Assembly (NCBI GenBank): GCA_024231215.1
Contig: JAAEQR010000072.1
Location: forward strand, 193,210 to 257,209
Reading direction: 5' to 3'
DNA from: PVC group bacterium
Lineage (GTDB): Bacteria; Omnitrophota; Gorgyraeia; B26-G9
DNA: 64,000 nucleotides
Shown here: positions 61,001-64,000 of the stretch, in pieces
Layout of the letters: each line of letters begins with the position of its first letter
Numbering within the stretch: position 1 is the first letter of the stretch
Program-made: the position numbers and the translations under genes
Notes under the pieces: generated by a model
What the model was told of the DNA's origin: nothing
The model's database searches: none
Seen by the model: the letters and a program-made list of their open reading frames with translations, nothing else

Positions 61001-63452
61001 AAAGCAAAGCATGATGCAATTAGCTTACTGGCTGTGCGGATTTAATGCCGATGATATTCAGAAACATGAGTCAGGGGTGCAAAAGCAACAGGAGATTATT
61101 AGTAAAGTAAATGAAAACGATAGTCTTGGTAATGTTAAACAGATAGCTGAAGAAAACGGCCTTACCGTAGATCAGGTTGTGTTTATTAGTAATTCGGAGC
61201 TAAGTACGAAGCTGGATGCAGGGGCACTGGATAAGAGTATTAAGGCGGCAACGGATATTGTTGGGACTAATGAAGTAGCCGGGGGTACAATTAGTGGATT
61301 AGCGCTAGAGTTTAAGAAAAAGCAGAAAATCAGTACCCAAGAATTATTTATAGAAATGGTCAAGAAATCAGTACCTCAAGATTTAACCGAAAAGATAGAA
61401 GAAATACAGAAAGAATTATCTCCTGATGCAAGTTTAACTCAGGTAATTGAATTAAGCCAGAAATTAGAGGGTACAGCGATTGCGGACAACGCAGATTTAT
61501 TTGTGGCTAATCTGGCAGTAGAAGGAATAGATAGGAAGCAGTTAGACAAGATAAGCGATACTTATAATGCATTAGCAGATATTGCTTATGGATATTTTGA
61601 TTCAGAGACAACCGAAGGCTCGGCGCTTTATTTAGAGACAGGCAAGAAAGAGCTATCTGAGCAGATTGGTAATTTGAGTTTAGAAAATCTGAATGCTTTT
61701 CAGAGTATTCCTGAAGCCAGCCGAAAAACAATATTAAAGCATTTGGCAGAAGGTAAAGAAGTTGATTTGTTTACCAAAGCAGTGGATAGTTTTAAAACAG
61801 AAGCTGAAAATGGTAAATTCACTTCTTTAGGAATCGTGATGGATAAGCTTTCCGGGATAACTGTTATTGCGGAAGACGGAGAACAAACAAAATTATTGCT
61901 TAAAGATAAACTATCTATTATCAACTGGATGTGTGGAACGAATATCACTGAAAAGATATATCACAGTTTAGTAAAAATACAATCAGCCAAAGCAGAACAT
62001 CAATATAATGTAGCTAAGGAAAAAGCAGCAAGCATGAATGATATTAAAGGCGAAATTAAGAGTGATGTGCCATTGCCGGCTGATGAAGTTAAACCCGAAG
62101 ACTCAGCCATTCCGACACAAGATAAGCAAAAAGTGGATTATCTGGTATCTGATGTAGATATTGAAGGAATGAGCAACCAACAGGCGATTGATCTGATTAT
62201 CGGCAGGGAAAGTAAATTGGGATTTTCAAGAACCAGATATTTTATTCAGGATATTGGTAAGAAAAATCAGGTGATAGAGGTAGATCAGAAAATAATGAAT
62301 AATATCGGGAATAGGGCTAGAAATGCGCTTGCAGAAGGAAATGCTTTGGAGATAACTGATGGTAATGATGTTAAAATTGGAGATGTTTTCTTGCTGGGAA
62401 ACAGGACTTTTGTGGTTATTGCGGTAGATAATAAGAATAATAACGTTTATATTGCTTTTAGTGAAAAGGGCAGGGTATTAGGTAGAACACTATTAAGCAG
62501 AGTCGGATCTTTAGGTAAGCCGCTGCAGGTAAGATTCAAAGATGTATCTGTTTTACCCAAAGGCGGAGCAATAGGTAAAATTAAGTATATTGATAATAAG
62601 GGAGAGATCCAGATGGCTGATTTGGCCGGAGAAATAAGGACTGATGCAGCAGGAGAAAAACACCTGATATTAACGATTGAACAGACCGGTATGGAAGTTG
62701 TGATTCCAGTGATTGGAGAAGTCGGTGCAGAACTTTTATCAAAAGTAAAGAATTCGATTAGTATAAGCCTGAGTAAAGGGGCGATGTTGTTTGACGATGA
62801 TCAGGCATTGGTAAAAGAGATAGAGTCAGCGATAGCTACTGATAAACCTTCATATATAATTGATAAAAACATATACAATATTCATGGTTTTGGTAATAAA
62901 AATCTCTGGGCAGTTTCCAAATTATTAATCAATCATGAGAATAAAGAGATACCACCTATTGCGCTTTTACATGAAGTTATGGAAGGTAAAGATGCTCCTC
63001 AGGGCTTAAACAGCCATACATATTTACGAGGTTGCGGTAAAGATCTTCGTAATGTTGCGGATGTATTAACGGATAGTGATACTGACGCTCAGACGATTAT
63101 TACTAAGCTTAACAGCGCAGGTAAACGACAAGTAAGTGGAGAAGAACAAAAACTTATTCAATATAATGTCGAAAACGGGTATACTGGGAAGAAAGCTCTT
63201 TATGGCCTGCAGGATCGTATATTCGGAGAAGAGGCTAATAATGCGTTTACTGAAGCGCTTACGAATCTTAAATCTGAAATCAGTGAAAAGGTACTGGCTG
63301 AAGCTGGGATTATTCCGCTTAAACCTTCTCAGGATATTTTGGAAGATCAAAGAACCGAAGCAATTGATATTAAAGGACGGTTTGTTCCACAAACAGTAGA
63401 TTCAATCGGAAAGACTAAAGGATTAATTAACGCTTTTAGTTTCTCTAATTAA
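40005..63452 (+). CDS. Giant multidomain protein of 7,815 aa. It has a signal-like leader, G(F/Y)S repeats, a C39/papain-like segment, three TM-helix clusters, a long beta-rich S/T/N/G region, coiled-coil regions, an SF2-type ATPase core, and duplicated C-terminal modules.
   Basis: A single stop-free frame of 23,448 nt in an AT-rich genome, with AAAGGAGA RBS 7 nt upstream. The motifs are detailed in the findings. All minus-strand ORFs inside it are short and overlapping. Confidence 0.8.
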   Translation: MQGLTGKLWFKIIAFIVLQTFMFVQADISWAANYRQQKGQGERVVDERDKVSKDALNTQVVLNQPAVPFISFDPGIAPPRSEKLSLIETTIEGLSMAGTNLKTIFGTLKNSGCSVSETGFAAMRQGYPKHEIYKALISAGYDKEEVKTMLGSILQREEEKKSEDESANQKTGPPLDKEKKDADKEASFLDAEQPIPESSEVTALSVGKDPVKIIEKATADNAVMNQTVAFVRLMINEGKRGKELIKTLKKAGLTNERIVMALAQLGFSLDDIVAIFKEADISATEIIQAIHNGFLAFSDKDIYNALLKNGFSDKDIIAAFKTAGVSSEDVLKIATQLSRNMVSVAKAMVEVGFSYADIAKAYLLKAMKWTFDKSVHVVNCAVKAFDAFLTNIGRKFTSKEELAYELIVDDILRTGEVEITGKDVMTSMLAIKNVAQKYGIDMQGYNLTLESLMELNDAAIVHLDGDHWVSLQNIDGDQVSIIDNGEEKTISLTELKIRWDGNTLAINQERTQYQELLDLQMRQIRGGRGWNPFKAIKKIFKAVKNFIVKTVKAIVNITKAVFYTITGNTQKADYYYNRGFQQLSQALNSLINAVVPGKFLQKIFKSIANGLVMFARGMVNQIRGLCMMARGDFKQGFKTYLMGVVQTAVAPLVSLYGMLGEKVGRVVAKVIQWVVRIVAAVLSFVCTKIFGWTGIGMAIGMAIAFVATVITCMVDYDFVQMVQRGDANEIASVMGKIFKAAAISAVIAAVAFCIGGAIQGLGGTASTTGSTIATTVGSIVSTVAKAAITVAKTAMTVAKFVLAPVITVVNVLARAAMTVVTAITKIVMTVVKVIVDGMNHVVRMVTNFLKPMIENLKNSIVNMVKAIKPDAVIQEIGSEVIEEAITKVVKEQIAMYVATKGLDSAGIDDPYVRAGIVGAIGAWAGGDGFKIDAKDVVEGVFIGTTQETIRQQGYKRNWDPLLIESLATVGGTVVGASIGAIQTSRTVYTGTWASRTMDNLKASFGQMVGNIATNAVQRICLENGMDPIATSAISSLAGGLVTGLGNYAVGNSPGGFRRNMGFALVQGINDGFTSAGSMLYKKILVEDLAFTDSQASSMVNGTFGQLKYQMELHNEFGYGKWEGTDDLTFSQKLQLAGTKLGEGGVFSDSLKVLNRNDGLKNDLISAMGLNSGSYSGTAYDKASYIDGFNSKIDSMDYMMNGLDSNIELKADGKYYNSDGSINTYMSRNKAKNEYWNHWKEAKPEIFGQSAGDSNGGQSTNLSFGDAYFETISTRQLSWQNTNARSSLSFITAPIRNSLNVSIYNATRTAYEPRAIMQGAEIIKIADNSAQQKYLANSISPQFNSIIDVNNVTSVAFNSWNHFQTNTAAYFTTISSSVNNKGREVYVFNTGRRVGSNLVCAETPNKQAMESFFKTEEINNLTISPFTSKTLGNFEAQNKEEFIITGAIQQLTKTGIIVDYQLVSMTEGADILLATTINNVDLFTTVASGVQFSSQSLVLKDKNNSTYKTAIDKVSVDLGINESVDKIANQVKLTSAVELCINANGNLSITGESLDELNTELGALENLAKKSKAIDLPGGCVLANTSLEYIETSEGLELIAKETLQKDRNIEYEGLGYTIDTSKGTVQYVYNNKGKITSLLNFDKGYKGVTLKGSDGKSIMIFNGNNVTLSNDKKSFFNSMLVKLNYRKGNELSIRSAEVLAIDDYNLGKVNSFEVMRQGKSLASSSITDSAKDLSTEGKLNYIRLGSDSDSNTIIKAGSVFTIIENEVKFKNNDVLINEGTNSISITGQDRSLMTLNGKESAIILKGSARKFDLTKESVQEQMRQKQGIPTDDTLVEKDTFVLGDGSTVVIYADQDSNSKVLQVFSGNLGTNDKGHRTIDVSFVNENGILETMSMNNDMLRQKVNSNRFINGVQGVYQITSGDQLALVFEFGTGSNMQRKVLDFSLGEDTNGSSVYTLNDCSLNTDTNTINMGGVSFDKTETSLQTAVFYRSEDTSAVQGKTEEMNNDRLDTLNTGITIGGHEAHYQITTDNRNKVVLSYDDKVVMFSKTTQGTVVQAPKNADGLREIGDMVNTAETGEKTIDVITFDDSQVTATINTITLEAEVSQPKSINDIDYSGKKIMVDGVNGRFNKDLPINQNKDELVPRSFELADGTMRECVVLAEADVNAGEFLGKLGGAKIIGLYATKDNQVFMHVQGRQNIVMPEDSSGPSDQSPAYTISKFDIKRKTSNGFRVEGLVEYQLSAVDNKGDFEFNPMAFNPGAQFSVSEKFNKREVIIKNKVLLRGDECVVTSQGVEVENRIDVDFITQSLAVNDKASTIFNQMVRVDVSLHKSEEADANPALMIDNVLSVDGKKIDLDELSGIIVSEGELKAEFQGVKLENGIISLSAKGTGIINTIGQNPGDEEDIGYNLPGITVANSNYKLTQNLGEGFAVWEGLMDFAVMPTGNVKALYEQQGVKGIIADTFEGEVTIAGHKVKKSEQFEVNYAGVTVIPIVQPKTVRNLMSGIGENISADIINSLRQNSGGLFGEDQSITGVMHKINEDLTVVKLDDSNSVFDGVDSLLQNVNVSENAFDIVQVNNVQPLVLIRGDNVSVTYCEIDSKGLPVIIGSSGIDSQQGIISVGIEKAERSFSAFANDNQSYVYNKTSTNDFSLELMPQQGNKNSYYGTLTSKKGVVTGTGVFNKKNASDNPMVASAAISKFTADNLAVTQITPLVQEGKAQGFRIDSISETAVASLSFVPTDRGDALFARHSNKETGNQYEKIFYLSGSKIYPNSKAGNCAYSYIKTFDENNDLNIRIETTDAYRGSKEFQNKVLLVDGTYNKESKDWKYSLNREGIKEENLFINKHEFKALTDTILGEFGAVLGKDLGLDKIKVADIKLEGSGSSKTEKYFGLTAEVSETGFRLYDPRGGYSLSLNEKNIEVGVRGESITLLTRSSDRDESHINEIAVLRESSYHVSTVKDKSAGLIVDDKLVLQRNESGWQLGAEHTGKYEKISKEGSNISFDAADQIFKVLQSDTDINNLEVDLSNLTTSRIAMGVFGNYQKVVSSWNAIYGSEFQKQIYGEVIDNIDFVSKFVGEYSSWGNARKEFFKTTEEGKQIAEEFKELFTKAISQVNISDCPEIKKLIGSPDKDSKDKEFKADLGLFGKYLKEAISSYNTAQSNESNPLVFSQNMALAEKNNKIAGYASLGANTGFRDLVYSSQHKVVSKQLKLSIAQFKEINIIPEKENLSEEAKANYAKFEAFLASFESEEAKADYAKLEAFLTSFENAGTYDATRKPDDSNPIVNDPQVEQLAIKLNSDMEALVVTLENKPVNGEEKDVSLTDVAKISARIQGTTEAKHSIAVINQREAIIYLAEMSEVASKIDKAFDQEVEYWQNQVDTAEEYDYYDEGYSAKQKLAETIRNQHDLKIEVLVKAYEKLQNPDVRLASGEHDISLMTIDFSRSKTFGDSREVYLAINREVYREAGFLHSAKGQTKEFINALNIDKSAVSLTNTQIKAITTESAKTKPYISLCELATKLDTFEVGIVGVIGESQGFLQQNKAILAKYYDYATSKFFPWQEEGQKEEFKQLYEDQIKEHGAIVDLNPFTALLNEIKVNKKVTEKVDERYDDLQAYEHNITMQNNLESVFSDFNKKFEGLKTDFLNARDSFVSEPAFDINGISDISKKLEKTSLGFQIDSFQVKIDKVLFSMGMITSKLNDQIEKSLSKKTVSKMLFTTPSRKMSLQREHNQRMGSLRRNILKLDIRTEVSQQFQDLEVKLKDLSVQLNNAIDSDDIKEVTRQLSIADAKVLSASITMVSEHITQPIAGKFPLRMDSYKFMDTMIEDDKGLKRKGLGQTLTEGFQNISINLVNLQKVLDVSIEMMEQNNTSFDSASFGKALLNVSTPLIDKNIRFANALYESLGVIDQVFATQKNAENWWTQVTSVGQSKGIFERNVGGTVKKALVDIIQKASNLKSFMDTAIDEAVEIYENELIATVDYKPLIKSLPQFGQRAVSKIETAFKGYTRGMVLNLVIVTAVEVIGAVAFTLLTGGFGAGVSGGILAGKWGIRINRAAKMALLFGGMMAATRVSVHNVRKFLKEGSAAFSDYSMLEDFLAPAAQGYQSGKWVGYFMGGVGGMTVKSLKGMLYLGKKELANKTALKIFGRTIIKEGILKHSQQVFIGYFTAGTIAHATYDVIKQGWRDGKTWGAINWKDVAIDAVTFGGESAFLGTLGRTMSTGSGIMHSKMMNKPAIEKITRSDIIGKTYTEGKVLKNFFYTTFPGAKTFGANLLAGDSIKSRAARYLLAERMFSTANVLLDFNIFGKMVVSPSMDIWRGSGGEKVEDKFAYKMLAGFGEGEAGDSWMQGMQFGGSLAFFSKGSEFIEAGWSNMTKKVSMGKTLSRLKMRSYDKLPGTFRQLTSGTIKEAFIEGPIAHMLVNSGIVHPYLAEMLVEFIPGDGGADAALFAKHAGVSTMEAVDMHAVLEMGKNTRINQIVTNKDRLQELATESNIDAEKLGKMSAFDWMTSMNTSTENSSTTYTMSGAFETISKGSITTVSDVVNLHGDNSHGFMKDCGFKMVSMAHGGIVVKDMIKSGSTKDGNLIEDTIMSFTTDDVAYITGKSIMELGLDKDTYSGKTLTQAVEQLNSTGEGRISQNEFLELIGMNNVTLSSIAKLPGFQGMKKSEVAKELGFEKYNPHILFSNDSFLDFMVKTEILPVYKSMENMSDSYRHMALQELGLLTVEGTTIFEQLDQMKQIQQKLEAAGTTIDNASLEQVARAADKNNDLVKMFEGNTEYQYNRVNAARIEIAKDAQGEIITDNATKQAKIRMQVGKESQVLSLTDFNKQIMEFSRIPYATIDIGDGKSRRKIDISKMNPEVLIKNQNGNHQLVITLMDTSVSDLANLGVQGSSEIRVDSNNNAEVFLTTTNGRYYKTGKVLLQDHLVQAGIVDNAQAADQLLQDLFNEGNGFVDRNGVININKLEAVEKAYNATIEKTDSVEIKEQQQQLVNFLQQSMGKTTTFILGNDGNYTVGQKAEILSVLLQTADQGIMQVRFDLEASGLENLTANDIKEAQNVEAKINNEIQGMFGYRRVVLEKGTLNKIVGTDRALLENLVKSGYVSVREIKNVKTYAITRKFVDLKNSDGMEISGVSAEQKNLVFNTLRNEFDSHSQDKSSYTPLIQEGVNQVDAVLNLIINPNTLFRIPTGTGKTYYIFTAAASINKALGRKTVYVVHDLNQFSIQADDESRANWFEYNGMKWATISNGQNNLVGDHHFELNALEANKNGEAQRLQENSDVIIMSADVLSFFENALGKEKGSETTHMQKTWDTIFGNNTMLLFDEADTIFFKQRAQSGEGAKSLTIENKLIQRGVHYEFIGNTLGLWGKINKSDFSETELNQMHDEGYINKDTGNIQYGFVHLVRTSDKSADSRKTLSGALETKLSDIVNKQDSQGQTLLTKPGEQMDHLRSMLTATYTVYNWEGTKIVPQKKASYIEYKQDKQKAEKEGNQVVVTGFMFNQELVDQYKGWVEKQLPGDVKIDDIENPTNISEENKHKVREYRRSLKAVAKVILQVDGIDVGYDPDSGLIRPAPGGVVTPELQLQDPYFAGHTQLLFAEMRDVEQSAITKRYEKELKAQQQKDVKADAEDLKYADNLYKVTVSDWSRVTTIDKSIRRAMASGANICGFTGTYDAVTDMAFQLYGLRHKYMGNKFQYITSISCDDLVKNGVEESAADAVFNDLFQQGYINKDGVVRIEKFYELNNASELQLSTQDTFLQNAVFNTLNNAQEGRINHVYEADNSANALEHVFNDIAAKVIKNGYIMNGMQTFNEGEISKNVVNNFESLFANNLKNFVINKETGAAELTVVVKDQKTEWDVYRIHYDHQIGKIDVEHVKTQDKQGLETTKHKTGKIQKYMENHQNVFFYLNPSASRATDIESVHSWLSEQQAKSMEADDLKSAVRSNLKNYALCDRESTRWMFEQLAGRDRGARNNSGQRDNFVTINGQKIYHDLDVYVVDPAAQSGVNDFAESHEAAISKFRSMLGNADIIAKQKSLYKNMSDLMYSKVAEYVEDLKDTIYREVKEKQNKAASKRQEKKIGWLANTEQQVAILESYLGEYQNTIGVDDKFGVPETAATPQEALQNVVDSFRMFLKEKVVVDEKFGFLSKNIQASLISESKATNSIQLKREIKNHTGGISFGMTLSDTVDLISENITEHDLPIRITEAGSDQNMVFVGKQWSDLETGELSNMTSKQRGMVKKKLINSGHMSVDGIVSSSGVGTATHSANIFKRLGQGMVLKIISNLFKGATGGGDDEKAFALVDILTSNNILSLGRNNFEGVFNQLQSAAELIEKGVVLKDVISEQDIIRSLTSTKPHAFFELLAQNMTSTAIGKDCSGIANKYIKGDRNFSNIEVSAQRLLDRISLYKDGQIDAITFMPMHIGKRFLFEQTKDDKSIDLEKSLSNFVVSTIGSVALIVALTAGNLLRSTFGEITGGLLGMAVFPLYIIVSAGITAASIPVQKIFRDQAGKSALTKLKNAEKGMAATFDSYVAAVRKLGCSSEIKNSMLSLVKPGLKLDTISRAERIRDNLLNVKGLSPKAKGIIDKLTFKELVDFNSISQDKQKVIVNALAENKDKVEELNKAITDVSSQKFSQDRLGLVDVVMDNLSDIKIKVDDKTQRVASTKEKLDLVNWLGGTNYSDVDYFGYVLQKGEIDTKQAETKVREAVDQLMEVVSKETSTEKEEIDKVQARFYLADAYSNKDLIEVMSVVNQEESFAKAGEQLKSAVTESRQIIDEKTSKRLTAKAYLKLISLYAKEDALKGNKQEESVQIRQIKDICAEMEQLADKGGLNRDSVIDAHMVLAQVYADRGWTSEAEAEYNKIINSDANVETKIKALGRQVIILARQNKFDVNGENHVEKTVNKLEELVASSKTDTKGDQFMQMFSAAKKAAVDIIKAFAKGENDFSKFQDEYGFIKVSLAEIIGAETVFNEIKSSVDKYKNGNDANSVPDVIKAVLADKFIEKINPEQKQSMMQLAYWLCGFNADDIQKHESGVQKQQEIISKVNENDSLGNVKQIAEENGLTVDQVVFISNSELSTKLDAGALDKSIKAATDIVGTNEVAGGTISGLALEFKKKQKISTQELFIEMVKKSVPQDLTEKIEEIQKELSPDASLTQVIELSQKLEGTAIADNADLFVANLAVEGIDRKQLDKISDTYNALADIAYGYFDSETTEGSALYLETGKKELSEQIGNLSLENLNAFQSIPEASRKTILKHLAEGKEVDLFTKAVDSFKTEAENGKFTSLGIVMDKLSGITVIAEDGEQTKLLLKDKLSIINWMCGTNITEKIYHSLVKIQSAKAEHQYNVAKEKAASMNDIKGEIKSDVPLPADEVKPEDSAIPTQDKQKVDYLVSDVDIEGMSNQQAIDLIIGRESKLGFSRTRYFIQDIGKKNQVIEVDQKIMNNIGNRARNALAEGNALEITDGNDVKIGDVFLLGNRTFVVIAVDNKNNNVYIAFSEKGRVLGRTLLSRVGSLGKPLQVRFKDVSVLPKGGAIGKIKYIDNKGEIQMADLAGEIRTDAAGEKHLILTIEQTGMEVVIPVIGEVGAELLSKVKNSISISLSKGAMLFDDDQALVKEIESAIATDKPSYIIDKNIYNIHGFGNKNLWAVSKLLINHENKEIPPIALLHEVMEGKDAPQGLNSHTYLRGCGKDLRNVADVLTDSDTDAQTIITKLNSAGKRQVSGEEQKLIQYNVENGYTGKKALYGLQDRIFGEEANNAFTEALTNLKSEISEKVLAEAGIIPLKPSQDILEDQRTEAIDIKGRFVPQTVDSIGKTKGLINAFSFSN

Positions 63453-63516
63453 TCATTTTATTTATTATTCATATTATTATAAACCGGGGCATGCCCCAAA
63501 AGGGAGGATTGGTTTT

Positions 63517-64000
63517 ATGAGGTTAAAATCATTGTTTAGGCTATTATGGATTTTAGTAATGATCTTTATGTTCAGTGGTCAGCTTTTAGCTACGGAAGCT
63601 TCAGAGCTATTAGATTTCAAAATACCTTCTTCCTGGGGAGTGATTAGAGATTCTTTTGATGCCGGTACGGACAAGATTGTGATAAATATACAAGATGCGC
63701 ATGCTAACCTGGAGGCTCAGGAGAATATTGCCAAGATTCTTGACCGCCTGGTGTCTCAATATAATTTAGAACTTGTAGCGTTAGAAGGTGCTTCCGGGAA
63801 AATTGATGCAACAGTGCTTTCTGCTTTTCCGGATAATGCATTGAAAAAGGATGTTTCCGCTTATTTCCTGCAGGAAGGGAAGATCAGCGGAGCAGAATAT
63901 TTGGCAGTAAATAGTGATTATGATTTTAAATTATATGGAGTAGAAGATTTTGATTTATATTTAGATAATCTCGAGGCTTTTCATAATGCCCAGGATTTCA
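63517..64000 (+). CDS. Secreted hypothetical protein (N-terminal part; continues beyond the window)
   Basis: ATG at 63517, 7 nt after AGGGAGGA. Signal peptide MRLKSLFRLLWILVMIFMFSGQLLATEA. Open-ended, so not in the ORF track. Confidence 0.5.
   Translation, partial: MRLKSLFRLLWILVMIFMFSGQLLATEASELLDFKIPSSWGVIRDSFDAGTDKIVINIQDAHANLEAQENIAKILDRLVSQYNLELVALEGASGKIDATVLSAFPDNALKKDVSAYFLQEGKISGAEYLAVNSDYDFKLYGVEDFDLYLDNLEAFHNAQDF

Noticed and set aside
62900-63010. Zinc-metalloprotease HExxH motif in the giant protein C-terminus (LLHEVMEGKD).
   Set aside because: The sequence is HEVME, not HExxH. There is no downstream Glu/His third ligand pattern.
40400-63392. About 25 minus-strand and alternative-frame ORFs of 60-150 aa inside the giant gene (for example 59564..60010 -, 42170..42433 -, 45224..45544 -).
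   Set aside because: All are fully embedded in the long + strand frame. They are low-complexity translations of the antisense or shifted strand and have no RBS. Spurious ORFs like these are expected inside a 23-kb gene.

Overview
This is an AT-rich (roughly 38-40% GC by eye) bacterial chromosomal window. Almost all genes are on the + strand and tightly packed. The first ~36 kb is a housekeeping block: a PpiD-like chaperone (partial), rsmI, purN, a phospho-sugar mutase, enolase, ftsB, two CAU-anticodon tRNAs, an H+-pyrophosphatase, tilS, lysS, lolE/lolD, ilvE, mcsA-mcsB-clpC, mlaEFD, radA, yacL, ispD, ispF, cysE and cysS, and a ROK regulator. Outer-membrane machinery (Lol, Mla, a putative beta-barrel OMP ending in Phe) sits next to a Firmicutes-type McsA/McsB/ClpC module, and the gene order mcsA-mcsB-clpC...radA-yacL-ispD-ispF-cysE-cysS mirrors the Bacillus ctsR-operon neighbourhood. 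From ~36.1 kb the character changes. A strong sigma70-like promoter drives a leader with the conserved core of a c-di-GMP-I (GEMM) riboswitch. Behind it lie a small secreted protein, a PilZ-domain protein, two paralogous proteins built from a ~18-aa 'G(F/Y)S..(D/E)I..A' two-helix-like repeat, and then one uninterrupted 23,448-nt ORF (40005..63452, 7,815 aa). That giant protein carries the same repeats, an N-terminal leader nearly identical to that of the small secreted protein, a degenerate C39/papain-like segment, three separate clusters of predicted transmembrane helices, a long Ser/Thr/Asn/Gly-rich (likely beta) region, coiled-coil/alpha regions with internal duplications, and an embedded SF2-type (DEAD/SecA-like) ATPase core. 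I consider this c-di-GMP-linked giant-protein locus the candidate undescribed system in the window. Giant ORFs of this kind in small, AT-rich diderm genomes recall Omnitrophota-like lineages, but that is speculation. No CRISPR array, rRNA, transposase or integrase was recognised. All domain calls come from reading motifs by eye and need HMM or structure searches.
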